A DNA stretch of 63,967 nt, filler included, from Octopus bimaculoides (lineage: Eukaryota), in assembly GCF_001194135.2 (NCBI RefSeq). It is 4 parts of 4 records of this genome, joined end to end, with 100 filler letters (N's around TTAATTAATTAA, not from the genome) between each part and the next. Parts side by side here need not be neighbours in the genome. Positions count along the whole stretch, not along the records: positions 1 to 31,600 come from NC_069005.1; 3 more parts are not named here. One strand, written 5' to 3'. Below the pieces are notes generated by a model. It was not told where the DNA came from and ran no database searches. It worked only from the letters and a program-made list of their open reading frames with translations. Of the stretch, positions 12,988 to 25,213 are shown piece after piece. A program made the position numbers and the translations under genes. Position 1 is the first letter of the stretch, and every line of letters starts with the position of its first letter.

Positions 12988-13705
12988 TATAAGGTGGTGA
13001 GTTGGCAGAATCATTATTAGCACACTGAATGAAATCTTTAGCAGTATTTTGTCCATCGATACATTCTGGATTCAAATTCTTTTGAGGTTGACTTTGCCTT
13101 TTATCCTTGGGGTGGGGTGGGGGAATAAATTAAGTACCAGTGAAATTGACTAGATCCCTTCCCACAAATTCCAGGCCGTGTGCCTATAGTAGAAAGGATT
13201 ATTATTCTGATTTGAAGGTGGCGAGCTGGCAGAATTGTTAGCATACCAGGCAAAAATGCATTTTGTCAGTCTTTACATTCTGAGTTCAAATTCCACTGAA
13301 GTTGGCCTTGCCTTTCATCTTTTCGAGGTCGATAAACTAAGTACCAGTTACATACTAGGATCAATGTAATCGACTATCCCACTTCCCTAAATTTTAGGCT
13401 TTGTGCCTAGATTAAAAGCCACAGCCGCTGCCGCCAGCACCACCATCATCATCATCATCATGTACATCAAGACAGTGAGCTGGCAGAATAGTTAGCATGC
13501 TGGGTAAAATGCTTAACAGTATTTCGTCTGTCTTTACATTCTGACTTCAAATTCCACCAAGCTTGATGCCTGAAAGGATGAAAGGCAAAGTTTGGCCTTT
13601 CATCCTTTCAGGCATCAATGGGGTCAATGTAATCAGCTAGTCTCCCCCTCCCACCCAAATTTCAGGCCTTGTGCTTTTAGTAGAAATGATTATCATTATT
13701 ATTAT
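12747..13705 (+). mobile_element. Four tandem copies of a tRNA-headed SINE (family A)
   Basis: Repeats of aaggcggcgagctggcagaatcgttagc...gttcaaattc...aagtaccag...agtagaaagg(att)n starting at about 12747, 12990, 13214 and 13472. Confidence 0.85.
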
Positions 13706-14749
13706 TAACCATATATTTAGGGTCTATAGAGTTGAATCTATGCTTGTTAATGTTTATCCTCAATACTTAGTTTTTTACTCATCTTATTTGCATCATTATT
13801 CTAGCCATTATTTAGCTTAGTTAAATAAGATTGCTTGATGTAATTATTTTTATAACACTTCAACACATTTAACATTCTATCATTTCTGGGAATATTATTA
13901 GTATTTTAACTCTGGATATAGTAAATTTTGTCCTTGTACTCAGCTTCAAATAATGTGTGGTTATATTAATTTTCCTTTTGTGCAAATACAACATCATTAG
14001 CTGAAAGCCACAAATATATTTTTAATGATAGAATTTATGATGTTTCTAAGATGATTAAAATTTTTATTCACATACCATAAACACCCATTTGGTTTATGAT
14101 ATGGTTCAGTACTTAAATACAAAGTAACATCAAGGAGGTTAACCTTAGTATAATCATTTTCTATTGAGATAAAGAGACTGAGACACTCAAAGAATTTAAA
14201 AAGCTTTTCCTGGAACCTTTCAAGATTAACCTTATTAGGCCTATAGATAATGAAAAGAGCATCATCTCTATATAATCCACCCCCTAATTCAGTTAAGAAT
14301 GTAAATGCCATCACCAATTAAAGATGTGATTTTCTCCATTCTTGTCTTTGTTGTCTTATACTCCAAATATCTTGAAATTCTTCTAAATGAAATTTGGATC
14401 TATTTGTCATTCATGAGGAATTAACATGGCTGTTTATTCTATTTGCATTTATTGGTGTCTGTTGAATATAGTTAACCAAGTTCGTTTAACACTGAGTGCT
14501 TTCTGCCTGGATCTTTTAATCCCTTTTACCACAGACCTAGGTCAACCAAAGCTTTGTGAGTTAATTTGGTAAACAGATGCTAAAAGAAACTTGGTGTACA
14601 CATATGTGTGTTTGTGTATATGCGTATGCATGTGTGGATGTGTTAGTGTCTCCTTGTTTTGACAAATGAGCATCACTGTCATACAAGCAGTGACAATCAT
14701 TTCTAATAATTTCCAAAAGCATGTTTGACCATGAAAAAAACATTATTTA

Positions 14750-15375
14750 AGCTGGGAAAAAATACTACAGAAACTTATGAAATGTTCCAGACTGTATATA
14801 GATTAACTTTTTTGCTGGCACAAGAGGTTCAAGGATGGTAGAGAGGAGGTAAGAGATGATAAGAAGTGTGGGAGGATGGGGGACGTAGGAACATCAGAAC
14901 TGGTTGAGAAAATTCGCAATTTTCTAGATGAAGACTGTTGTGTATCTATAAAGACAATAAGCATACACAGTTTGGAGTTGGTCTAGCAACCATACACATA
15001 TTCATGATTATCTAAACATTTGCAAAATTTGTCAAAAGTTTGTTCCCAGGGTGCTCAGTGAAAAGTATCCTGGAAACCAACTACTTGACAGAGGTGTGCA
15101 TCAAAACTGTTCCCCACCTTCCCTACAGTCCAGGCCTTGCTCCCCTTGACTTTTGGTTGTTCCCTATGCTGAAGGAAAACTTCAAAGATGTGAGAGGTTG
15201 TGTCAAGTATCCTGAACACTCCCACTTTGGAAGACTTCCATGAGGCCTTCACAAAGTGGTTGAAGCACTACAAGTGCATTGAAATGAATCATATTTTGAA
15301 GATTAGAGTTTTGTACTTCAAAATCAATAAATATCTGTCCAGAAAAAGTCTGAAAATTTCTGGAATGCACTTTAT
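14750..15375 (+). mobile_element. mariner relic
   Basis: TVPHLPYSPGLAPLDFWLFPMLKE, a variant of the mariner YSPDLAP motif. Confidence 0.7.
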
Positions 15376-15417
<42 letters not shown>

Positions 15418-15481
15418 ACACAGAGATATATGTATTTGTAACACTCATAAGAACATTTCATTCCTATATATATTGTCTCAC

Positions 15482-15607
15482 CTGTTTAGCCAGTGCATGC
15501 ATAATGTTGCTATAAATCTCTGGTTTTATGATCTTCAATGTAACTTCAGCAGGTCGGTGCTTGTGTTGGTAGTTATAGAACTTGATGATAGCCAAAGCTT
15601 TGTTGAC
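15482..15607 (-). CDS. POLRMT: POLRMT coding exon 4 (PPR region)
   Basis: Acceptor tttgatcctttAG, donor GTGAGA, 126 nt, phase 0-0. VNKALAIIKFYNYQHKHRPAEVTLKIIKPEIYSNIMHALAKQ aligns to human LAHHLL...DMYNAVMLGWARQ. Confidence 0.88.
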
Positions 15608-16519
15608 CTAAAGGATCAAAAAAACCATTTTACTGGAAGGGCCTGACACATAAAGGTGAGGAGTGGAACAAAATAAGAAGAGAAGTAGGGTAGGAAAATA
15701 TAATAAAGTCATGTCAACAAACTATAAAACTTCTAAATCAGCAATCATGTATGTGATTTAGAGGGTTCATAGTTTGTTGTTCATCATCATCACTTAACAT
15801 CTTTGTTCCATGCTAGCATGGGTTGCATGGTTTGACAGGATTCAGTGGGACCAAGAACTGCATTATGCATTAATGTCTGCTGTGGCAGGGTTCCTATGGC
15901 TGGATGCCTTTCCTAATACCAACCACTTTCTATCATGTCTGTATAGTTTTTTGTACCACCAGCATTATTGAGGTCACCATGTAGTTCACAAGACTACAAA
16001 TAGCAAGGGAGGCGGGGGGGGGGGGGGTCGGTTTTCTGTTAGAGTATGAGAGAATGTGGAACCAGAACAGGTACTTGCAGAAGAGCTGCATGGTTACTCA
16101 CATTTAGTAAGGGAAGGAGAGAATGATTATTAAGAACTGCAAAGGAATATGTAGTTGAACTGCCTAGGTGATCCCTCAAAGCACGAGGTAAGTGGAAGTG
16201 GGTGGGACTATTACAAGATTTAAGGAGAGCTGAAGATGAGGGGATGGGGATACATCTGCAGCTGTAATTGAAGTTGGATAAGGTTGAAGAGTAATAACCA
16301 ATAAGTCATGAATTGGGGAAGATAGAGATGCAGAAGGGAATAGGAGGTGGAGGAGAAGCAGGATAGCAATGATATAGTTGGAAGGGGAGAATAACCAGAA
16401 AGAAGACAAGGAGGGGTTAGGCTGCAGGAGCAGGTGAGAAAAGATAGGCTGAGTGCATGATGATATGTAGTTTGGTACATCGTATGAGTGGAGTGGGGAA
16501 TAAATCAATGTAATGTGTG

Positions 16520-17460
16520 GGTGGAGCGCACATAATACACGTTACTTCCAGAACTCAGTTTGCTGAGGTGAATGGCTTGTACCTCATATCGCAAGATGTC
16601 CGAGTTCATTGTTATCTCCTCTGTGAGGCTCAGCATTTTGAGATCAACCTTCACAACTTCATTTTATGTCTTCCTGGGTCTCCCTTTTCTACAAGACTCA
16701 TTCATTCTAAGCCATTGACATCTGTGCCCATTCATACACATCACAACCAAACCATCACAGTCTTCTCCTCCAAGCTACATTTGATTTGTCTAATGCTCAA
16801 CTTTTCTCTCAACATATTTGCACTTTGTCATATATGCACAGTGATGTTGCACATCCATTGGAGTACACAGGCTTCATTCCTTTTCAGTTGTTGCATGTCC
16901 TCTGTATTCAGGGCCCATGTCTCACAACCATGTAGTATAGTTGTTTATATACAAGTATCATGCACTCTACCTTTGATTCTGAGAGAAAAATGTTTTGTTA
17001 CCATCTTACTCACATTCTAGCAACTATACGTTCAGAACATCCACTTTACCTGACAGAAAGAGAGTCTTATCCACTTGCTTTGGTGTTTGCTAGGTTAACT
17101 TTAAAGCCTTTTCATTTCAGGTTTTGTTTTGCTTCCATACCTGGAATTTCCTTTCCAATTCTGTTACAGATTCTGCTATAAGAATGAGATCATCAATATA
17201 TAGTAGTTCCTGAGGACAGCTAGTCTTAAATTTCTCTGTTTAGCCTGGAAGGCTATGATGAATAGGCAGAGACTGAGTATCAAGACCTAGTGAACTAGTA
17301 CACTAAATTCATCGCTGTACTCATGGCTAACACTCACTCTACTGACAGTGCCCCTATACATGGCGTGTATGGCTCCAAAAGCTATTCATCTACTTCTAAC
17401 TTTCTTGGAGATCACTAGATAACAGAGCAAGGGACTCAGTCAAAGGCTTAGAATTGTTTA
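16520..17460 (-). mobile_element. Old RTE LINE fragment
   Basis: Minus strand PQELLYIDDLIL and GFKVNLAKTK-like remnants, heavily degraded. Confidence 0.6.
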
Positions 17461-18612
17461 CACAATGAACGAACTGCTTAGTGGTATTTCTTCTGGCTCT
17501 TTACATTTGGAGTTCAAATACTGCAGAAGATGACTTAGGAAATAACTTTTTTTTTTTATTTTTGTTAGGTGCATTCAGGAGGAAAGGTAGCTTCCATGGA
17601 CATTTTGCAGGATCTGAGACTGGAAGAGTTAGGTAATACTCAGATTGGAGACTTAGTCCAAATGCTTGCAATAGACTGGACTCTGCAAAGAACCAAGAGA
17701 TGATTAGGTTTACACTCAAAAACAGGAATGAGCCCTCAAAACAGCTTCTCTCTATCCAATCTCACTCACAAGACTTAGGTTTTAAAAATTAGAGCAGAAG
17801 ACACTTGCTCAAGATGCACCATAAGATCAAACCTTGGACTGTTTGATAATGATAGTGAAGCAAAATTCTTGACCACACAGCCATGACAGTTATTAATTTT
17901 GCCTTATGTGATCCACCATTGTGTCTATCAGAAACAAGATGAGCTACATTTAACAACATCGACTTCATAATAGGTAGGTGCAAGCACGGCTGTATGATTA
18001 AGAAGCTCACTTTGCAACCACGTGATTTCAGGTTCAGTCCCATTGCATGGCTTGTGAGTGAATTTGGTAAACAAAAACTGTGTGAGTCCAATGTATGTAT
18101 CTATATATGTGTGTATGTCTTTGTGTTTGTTCCTCCACCTTGACAATTGGTGTTGGTTTGTTTACATGCCTGTAACACAGTGTTTCAGCAAAAGAGACTA
18201 GAATGAGTAACAAACTTAAAAAATAATACTGGAGATTTGTTTGACTAAACCTTTGAAGACAGCACCCCAGCATGGCCACACTCCAATGAAACAAGTAATA
18301 GAAATACGATAAAAAATAAAAGGTTCAGCAATCAAGCTTCTATATAGTAACTTCATCAGCTAGAAATATCAAAATCTCCTTCGAATCTCTCCCTATCATC
18401 TTAAGGAAAATGAAGGAAACATTAGACAATGTGATCTTACATGTATATAAAAAAAAGAAATGGCGAAGATCATAATGCCTTTCACCATAGGTCTGCTCCA
18501 TCTGAGGCAATCTATGGCTAGACAAGCTAAACAACAACAAAGGTTCCAGCTGAAGAAGTGTTGATAGATGTTGATGGGTAAAAAAGAAATAGAGTAGCAA
18601 AACAATCCTTAC

Positions 18613-19535
18613 CATTCCAGAGAAAAGACAAGCATTAACATAAGCCTCTAAGTCATTATTGAACATCAAGTTCATTTCAATTGGGTTCTGCCGCCATCTC
18701 TCTAAGTTTCGACTTTTTTTTAGATTTATGGCTGGCTTTTTGCTTTGAGGTTTGGTCTTGGCTTTGGTATTAGCAGTACTGACAGTAGCAGCTGCTGTTG
18801 TAACAGCCTTTTGTGAATCCAAATTAGCATCTGGCATAGAGCAAGGTTTAGGATCTACTGAACCAGGAACTATCTGGTTTGAAGTGTCTGTAAAACTGTT
18901 AACCTCTTCTGTGTCTATGTCAGTGTACAAATGTGTGTGATTCCTTTCAGATAGGAGGACTTCTTCACTGACAAATTGATTATCATGCATACATTTCAAG
19001 ACATTGACAAAATCCCCTCCTGGGACAGAAACTTCTTCTGAGGTAGAAAACTTTCCAGAGGCAAAATCTTCTTCAGTGGCAAAACATTCTCCAGGAGGAG
19101 AGACCAATGTAGGGACAACAGTTTGGCACAGTTCTTTTTGTCTGTGTAATTTATCAGTAACATTTTTGTTTTCTTTCCATGATACCTTTAAGTTTCGTTT
19201 TGTGGTTTTTAAAGAAACAGGTTGTTTCTTCTTCCCTTTTGATTTCTTAATGACAGCCATCATTTGATTGTGGAATGATTTGTAGTCTTGATGCCACACA
19301 TCACTGCTGATTTCTGTCAGTTTCTGCTGTGTAGTCATGAGTTCTTTTATAAAAGCAGGAGTAATGTTTGAAAGTGGACAAACACTCACTGATCTTTCGA
19401 AACCAATTGGTGCACTATCATAAAAATAACGAAGCTCTTGCAAACGGTCCTCAAAACTGCCATCATGGTGTGCAGGTCGAAGGACATGAAATTCATCACT
19501 GGATCCCTGCAACTGGCTTAGACGAGCATTCAACA
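18613..19535 (-). CDS. POLRMT: POLRMT coding exon 3 (large N-terminal extension)
   Basis: Acceptor ttatttctttcAG, donor GTAAGG, 923 nt open frame inside ORF 18340..19590. Runs from (L)LNARLSQLQ to NNDLEAYVNACLFSGM. Confidence 0.9.
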
Positions 19536-19702
19536 CTGAAAGAAATAACAATAGAAGAAAAAAAGAAAAAAATGTCAGACACACATTCAATTTTTAAAGA
19601 GAAAATGACAGAACAGAAATAAATACCATTTATGTTGTCTCAATTAGTAAACATCAGTGTTAAAACGATTTTTAAAAAAATGTTATGAAACAAATGGAAA
19701 TA

Positions 19703-20293
19703 TCAGGTCATTAAGAATGAAATGTCTGATTTTCTTATGCCAAAATACAATCCAAAAACGAATATTCACCAAAAAAAGCTAATGGTGTCTCTTTGGTGGT
19801 CCAGCACTGGTGTCATCCACTACAGCTTCATGAGACCTGATAAGTCAATTACAGCGGATGTATACATCAACCAAGTGGATGAAATGATGACTGAACTTGC
19901 AATTAAACAACTGAAATTGGTCAAGAGAGACAGGTCAATTCTCTTGCAAGACAATGCTTGACCACATGTTGCACAAAGAATGATACTCAAGTTACAGGAA
20001 CTGAACCTGGAAGTACTCTGTCATCCATCAGACCTTGCACCAACTGACTATCATGTTTTCCAGGCATTAGACAACTTTTTGCAAGGAAAAAATTCAAATC
20101 TGAAGAAGATGCAAAAACAGCCTTTCATGATTTCATCACCTCTTGCTCTCCAGAAGTCTTCATTGCTGGCATAAATAAGCTACCGATAAAATGACAAAAG
20201 GTGCATACTTTGATTAACTGCATTGCTTTTTGTTGAGCTAAAGTAACATAAACTTTGAGTTCAAAATCAGACATTTCATTCTCAATGATGCGA
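19703..20293 (+). mobile_element. Internally deleted mariner transposon
   Basis: About 30-bp TIRs (tcaggtcattaagaatgaaatgtctgatttt / aaaatcagacatttcattctcaatgatgcga), TA flanks, LMVSLWW, LLQDNA*PH, SDLAPTDYHVF. Confidence 0.88.
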
Positions 20294-20339
20294 TATTTTA
20301 AGATTGGAGAGAATGGTTGAGTATTAAAGGGGTCAGACA

Positions 20340-20600
20340 ATGGTTATTGGAGGAATGATTTTGACAGTGTTGACACATTGTGTAGATGAATAATGTGTGT
20401 TGATATTAGGCAATGTATACAGATTGCAGTGGTATGGATGTGATGTATAGAGTTGATGTAGTGGTGACATTAAGTGGTGTATATAGATTGTAGTGGTGAG
20501 GACATATAATGTACACAGATAATGTTAATATCAGGTATGTCAATAGATTATAATTGGGTGAATGTACACAAATGGTGTAGTGGTGACATTAGGTGATGTA
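20340..20600. repeat. Degenerate minisatellite (tgtagtggtgacattag-like units)
   Basis: Recurring gtagtggtga / atgtata words at roughly 40-bp spacing. Confidence 0.5.
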
Positions 20601-21846
20601 TAGGGTGTTTCAGAAAAATTGATATCATTTTTTTAATCTAATAACTTGACCAATTTTTGTTCATATGATCTCAAATTTTAAAATGTGTAAAACCAACTCA
20701 AATTCTGTTTAATGTTTTTTTTTTAAATTTTCAGGTATAGAAATGCCTTTTATTGGAAAAGAAAAGGCATTCTGTATTCAAGTATGCTTAAACACAGTTG
20801 AAAAGGACTGTGCAGCATGCATTTGTAAAAGAATATGCAAAAAAATTAACGAACTGTAATGCAGGTTCAGGCATATCACAAAAAAGTTCAAAGTCGAAGG
20901 CTGTTTGTACAGGGCAAAAGCATCTGGACAACCACCGATGTCAGAAGAGGGTTGAGTGGATTTGGGAAACATTTTTGCAGAGCCCCAGGAACTCCCTAAG
21001 AAGAGCAAGTTAGGAAACCCAGATTCCTCTTACCACAGTTTGGTGCATCACAAAGAAATGCTTGTGAATGACATCCTATAAGCTACAGCTTGTTCAGGCC
21101 TTAAAGACAGATGACAAACAAATGCACAAGCAATTCTGTGTTGATATGCAAGAGAAATTTGAAGACAAGTTTGAAAATCATCTTGTTCCTCAGTTGAGCA
21201 CATGAGGGACTTCCCAAAAGTGAATGTGTTCTGTGCCATCTCCAAGAATCTTCTTTGAGGGAAATGTAACCAGTAAAATATTTATCTGCAAATGCTTCAG
21301 AACTGGCTCATTGATAAGTTTATTGCAGATCAACATGAACACTTCATTTTTCAACAAGACAGAGCTCCACCTCACTGGAAACTCACTGTGTGGGTTTATC
21401 TCAATGAGAATCTGGCAGGGTAGTGGAGTGGGCATGCTGGTGATGAAGACAAGGTACTGTTGAAATAGCTTCCATGTTCACCTGACCTTGTAACTTTTTC
21501 TCTGACGTTATGTGAAGGGACTGGTTTATGTCCACCCACTCTTCCTACAAGCTTAGAATTACTGCCACACTGGAGACTGTTACCCAAGACATGCTGCAGC
21601 ATATTTGGCAGGAGCAAGACTACTGACTTGATGTGTGCTGTGTCACAAGGGATACATATATTGAAACTTTGTGAAAACTTGTCAAATCATTCATGAACTT
21701 TTCATACCTTTGAATTTCTCATTCAAATTTTGATGAATAAATCTTACTTTGCTCAACCTTAAGCCTGTTTAGTTTCATTTACCTAGACTATGTAGTTACT
21801 CAAATATTTACAACTCAAATGGTAACAAATTTTTTTAAATACCCTG
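20601..21846 (+). mobile_element. Tc1/mariner-superfamily element with degenerate transposase (possibly DD37D/maT-like)
   Basis: Ends tagggtgttt / accctg with TA flanks. Frameshifted KEKAFC..RTVQHAF, YKLQLVQAL and PCSPDL remnants. Confidence 0.75.
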
Positions 21847-23499
21847 TATATAGACAGTGGATGTAGGCATGGTCAAGTGGTAAAGGAGTTCACATCGTAA
21901 TCATGAGTTCCTGGGTTCGATCTCACTCTATGACATCATGAGTATCTTTTACTGTAAACTCAGATCAATGTAAGCTTTGAGTAAAACTGGATAGACAGAA
22001 ACAGATAGGAAGTTTGTTTGTTGAATTGTATACCCCATGTTAAAGCTACCTCAAGTTACAAGATTTCACACTAATAGAAATTGTAAAGTATGACTACTAA
22101 TTTTCAGGAGACAGTAATGTTGCCATGACAAGCTTGAACAAAATTTAAGAATTTAAAAACTACACATTCTTCTTAGCTAAGCAGACACTTCAACATTTTA
22201 GTTATGATGAAGCTATAGCTAACAGTTAGAAAAATTATAATCATGATACATAAATAGAAGTGTGTGTGACTGTGTATATTTCATATTTTCTTGAGCCATG
22301 ATGAGAACACACATGCATCTATCATCATCATCATCATCATCAATGTCTGTTTTCATGCTGACAGATGCTGACTAGGCAGAAGACTGCACCAGCCCTTCCT
22401 AATAGCAAACACCTTACAGAGTAAACTGGGTGCTTTTTACATGGTACCAGCACCGGCAAGGCCTATTTGTATATATATATTTGCACATCCAACTTAATTT
22501 GGATGTGTTGTTCAGAATGCTGTAGATTGCAGTAATTGTCCTGCAAAGTCATCTTGTATAAATGTTAAGGGGAAAAAAAAAAGCACAGATAGTATCAGTT
22601 GACAAAATTTTGCCAGTACCAGCAGATAGGCATGCGATATCAGTGTAAATTGTACTGCTTAGTCAGTGATGTTGCAAAATGCTTGTGGGTTATGTATCAA
22701 ATAAATTAGCTATTAGCTACAGAAGTAGCCTTTGTAATGTATAATAATTTAGATGTGTTGTAAGAATACTGTAGATTGCAGTAATCGTCTTGATTACATC
22801 TCAAATAGACATTACCACCACCACCACCACTATCTATCAATATCAACACAATCAACACCACAACTAATACAACCATTGCCATTACCAACCCACCAACACC
22901 TTTATCATCAACAACAACAGCAACAATATTAAGAACAAGATAAGCAACTCTATCTAGAATAAAAGAAAATGACATAAGATAATGTGGTACCCTCATGCAT
23001 TTTAAAAGTTGATCTTAGGTCTTTGATATTAAGTCAATGAAGATTCACTTGAGGTCAAACAACAACAACAATATAATTAACAAAATATGACTAATGCCAC
23101 AAAATATGATCACTGATACCAAAACCAATACAACCAACATGAGCACTACTATCACCCACCAACTTTTGAATAACTAACTGACATTGATAATAGTATCAGC
23201 ATAATAACAATATCTGTAGTTACTTATGTTCTGTGTCAATACAATGATGTATGTGTGTGGGAGGGAGAGAGTAGAGTGTAGAGGTTTTATGGCTTAAGTG
23301 AGAGGTGCAAGGAGTGAAGTGCCCATGAACCTGTTCACCCTTTGATTAACTGTACTCATACTGTATTTCCCCCTACTTCACCCTTCCAGCTTCTCATTTA
23401 CATTCTTACATCCAAACGAATAAGACAACATTTTGTTCTCACAAAACAGTTCTTTCTTTACATGTTTGTTGTGGATACATGTTGATTACTGCCCCTGTT

Positions 23500-24470
23500 G
23501 GATTAACCTGTAATCTAAGATGTCTGGAAACAAGTGATCAAGTTGAACCAAAGACAGTAGTGTGAAAAGGAACCATAAAAAGATTAACTTGGTTATTAAA
23601 CTTGATGGTTTAAAATGCAAGAGAAAAAAATCAGCCACTTTGCTTAAACATTAAAGGAAATAATAAGTAACATTTGAGAGAAAATTAGGTCAGCTGCTCA
23701 AGAGGTTACTTTTTAACTCAGACCCTACTTTTCCATAGATCTAATGTGGTGCTAAAAATGGTATAGCTCTTGGGAGTATGGATTCAGGATCAGATTTGAC
23801 ATAATGTACTGATAATTAAAGAAAGCCATAAGTTTCTATGATGATTTTTCAGAAAAAGGAAGGTGAAACTCATAATGAAAAACCTCTTCTGGCTAGTAAA
23901 GGCTGGTTTGAAAGGTTTAAGAAGCCTTGAATTTGCACAACGTAAAAATGACTGGTGAAGCTGCCAGCATTGATACAAGGAATGCTTCTAATTATTCTGA
24001 GTGGTTGAAGAAAATGATTGATGAATAAAGGCTACACACAGAGCAAGGAGACAATGTTTATGAAACTGTACTTTTCTGAAGTGCATACCTGCTAAAAGTA
24101 TTTCTTAAGATGAAAAATCAACACTGTCATTTAAAGCTTCCAGAAATCATTGGATACTTTTTCTGTGAAGAAAAGCTACTGATAATATCAAATTAAAGCC
24201 CCTTCTCGTGTATTACTCTGAAAAATCTCAGTGCTTTCAAAGATTATATAAAGTTCTATCTACCTGTGATTTGGTGTTCAAATAAGAAGGCATAGATGAT
24301 TAAGAGCATTTTCAAAGAGTGGTCTACATTTTGTGTCTGGCTGTTGAGAGGTACAGTACCAAACAAAATATCTTAAGCTTTACTCTTTTAGACAAAGCAC
24401 CAAGTCATCCAGTGAACTTTAATGAGCTTTCTGATAATGTGAGAGTAGAATACACATCCAAGTATAACTG
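23500..24470 (+). mobile_element. pogo/Tigger-like transposase relic
   Basis: ASKGWFERFK, LHNVKMTGEAAS, LPVIWCSNKKA*M, LLDKAPSHP, with many stops. Confidence 0.8.
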
Positions 24471-25084
24471 CATTAAAAGTACACATGTCTGTAGGATACT
24501 CAGTTACTTAAATGTTTATTTAGTGAGCTAATAGTACTGCTGATCAAACAAATGCTCACTGTCAAAACCAAAGGAAGATCCTCTATAGAATGTGCATATC
24601 TTTTACCATTATATTTGTATTTGTTTCAGTTGCTGGACTGTGGCTATACTGGACACTGTCTTGAAAGATTTAGTTGAAAAAATTGACTCTGTACTTATTA
24701 AAGCTTGGTACTTATTTTACTGGTCACTTATGCCAAACCACTAGGTTATGGGGCAGTGATCAAACCAGCACCAATCGTTAAGTAATGGGGGAGAGACAAA
24801 CACAAATACAGACATAAATGTGTGTATATGCAAATTGTGTGATATGTATGTTAAAGAAAGCCACAAGTTTCTATGATGATTTTCTATATACACGCACGCA
24901 CACACACACACTGTTGTGGCATAGGTATGTTGAAAATGAGAGGTGACATAAGTTGACGTGGTGGTGAAGATATGTAGTATATATACTACTACAGATGAAA
25001 TGTTCTGACATCAGCTGGTGTGTATAAACAGCGAAACAATTGATGTAGAAGAGAAATCAATATAAAACTGATTAATAATCTCAC

Positions 25085-25213
25085 AGGCCACCAATTCTTT
25101 GTGATTGCAAATTTCACGGAAAAGCTTCTTCTTCTGTATTTTTGCATAGACTTTTGATGAAACTGTCTTTGGGTGAGATGAATAATGTTTGATCAAACAG
25201 GAAAAGAGGCAGC
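25085..25213 (-). CDS. POLRMT: POLRMT coding exon 2
   Basis: Acceptor tctgtctttgcAG, donor GTGAGA, 129 nt, phase 1-1. Reads (S)CLFSCLIKHYSSHPKTVSSKVYAKIQKKKLFREICNHKELVA. Joined to exon 3 it gives HKELVALLNARLSQLQ, matching human HVELLEVLQARVRQLQ as recalled. Confidence 0.88.

Larger units (their letters stand above)
8400..14350 (-). mobile_element. Fragmented Penelope-like element (Naiad/Chlamys-like RT + GIY-YIG) in POLRMT intron 4
   Basis: Collinear pieces: GLYRDDAL and VNLLDVTL (14290-14000), RNII*YNAPF...FDKYF...NLAEIVAAHNKR (10900-10700), CNC..PLENQCLRKNLVYQ (10490-10415), continuing YQCKV..YYIGSSATIWKSRF...LKWSLI...KCDL (8856-8500). Confidence 0.8.

Noticed and set aside
18340-19590. 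416-aa ORF as a stand-alone intronless gene
   Set aside because: Its ends read through intron sequence; only 18613-19535 is the POLRMT exon, bounded by splice sites.
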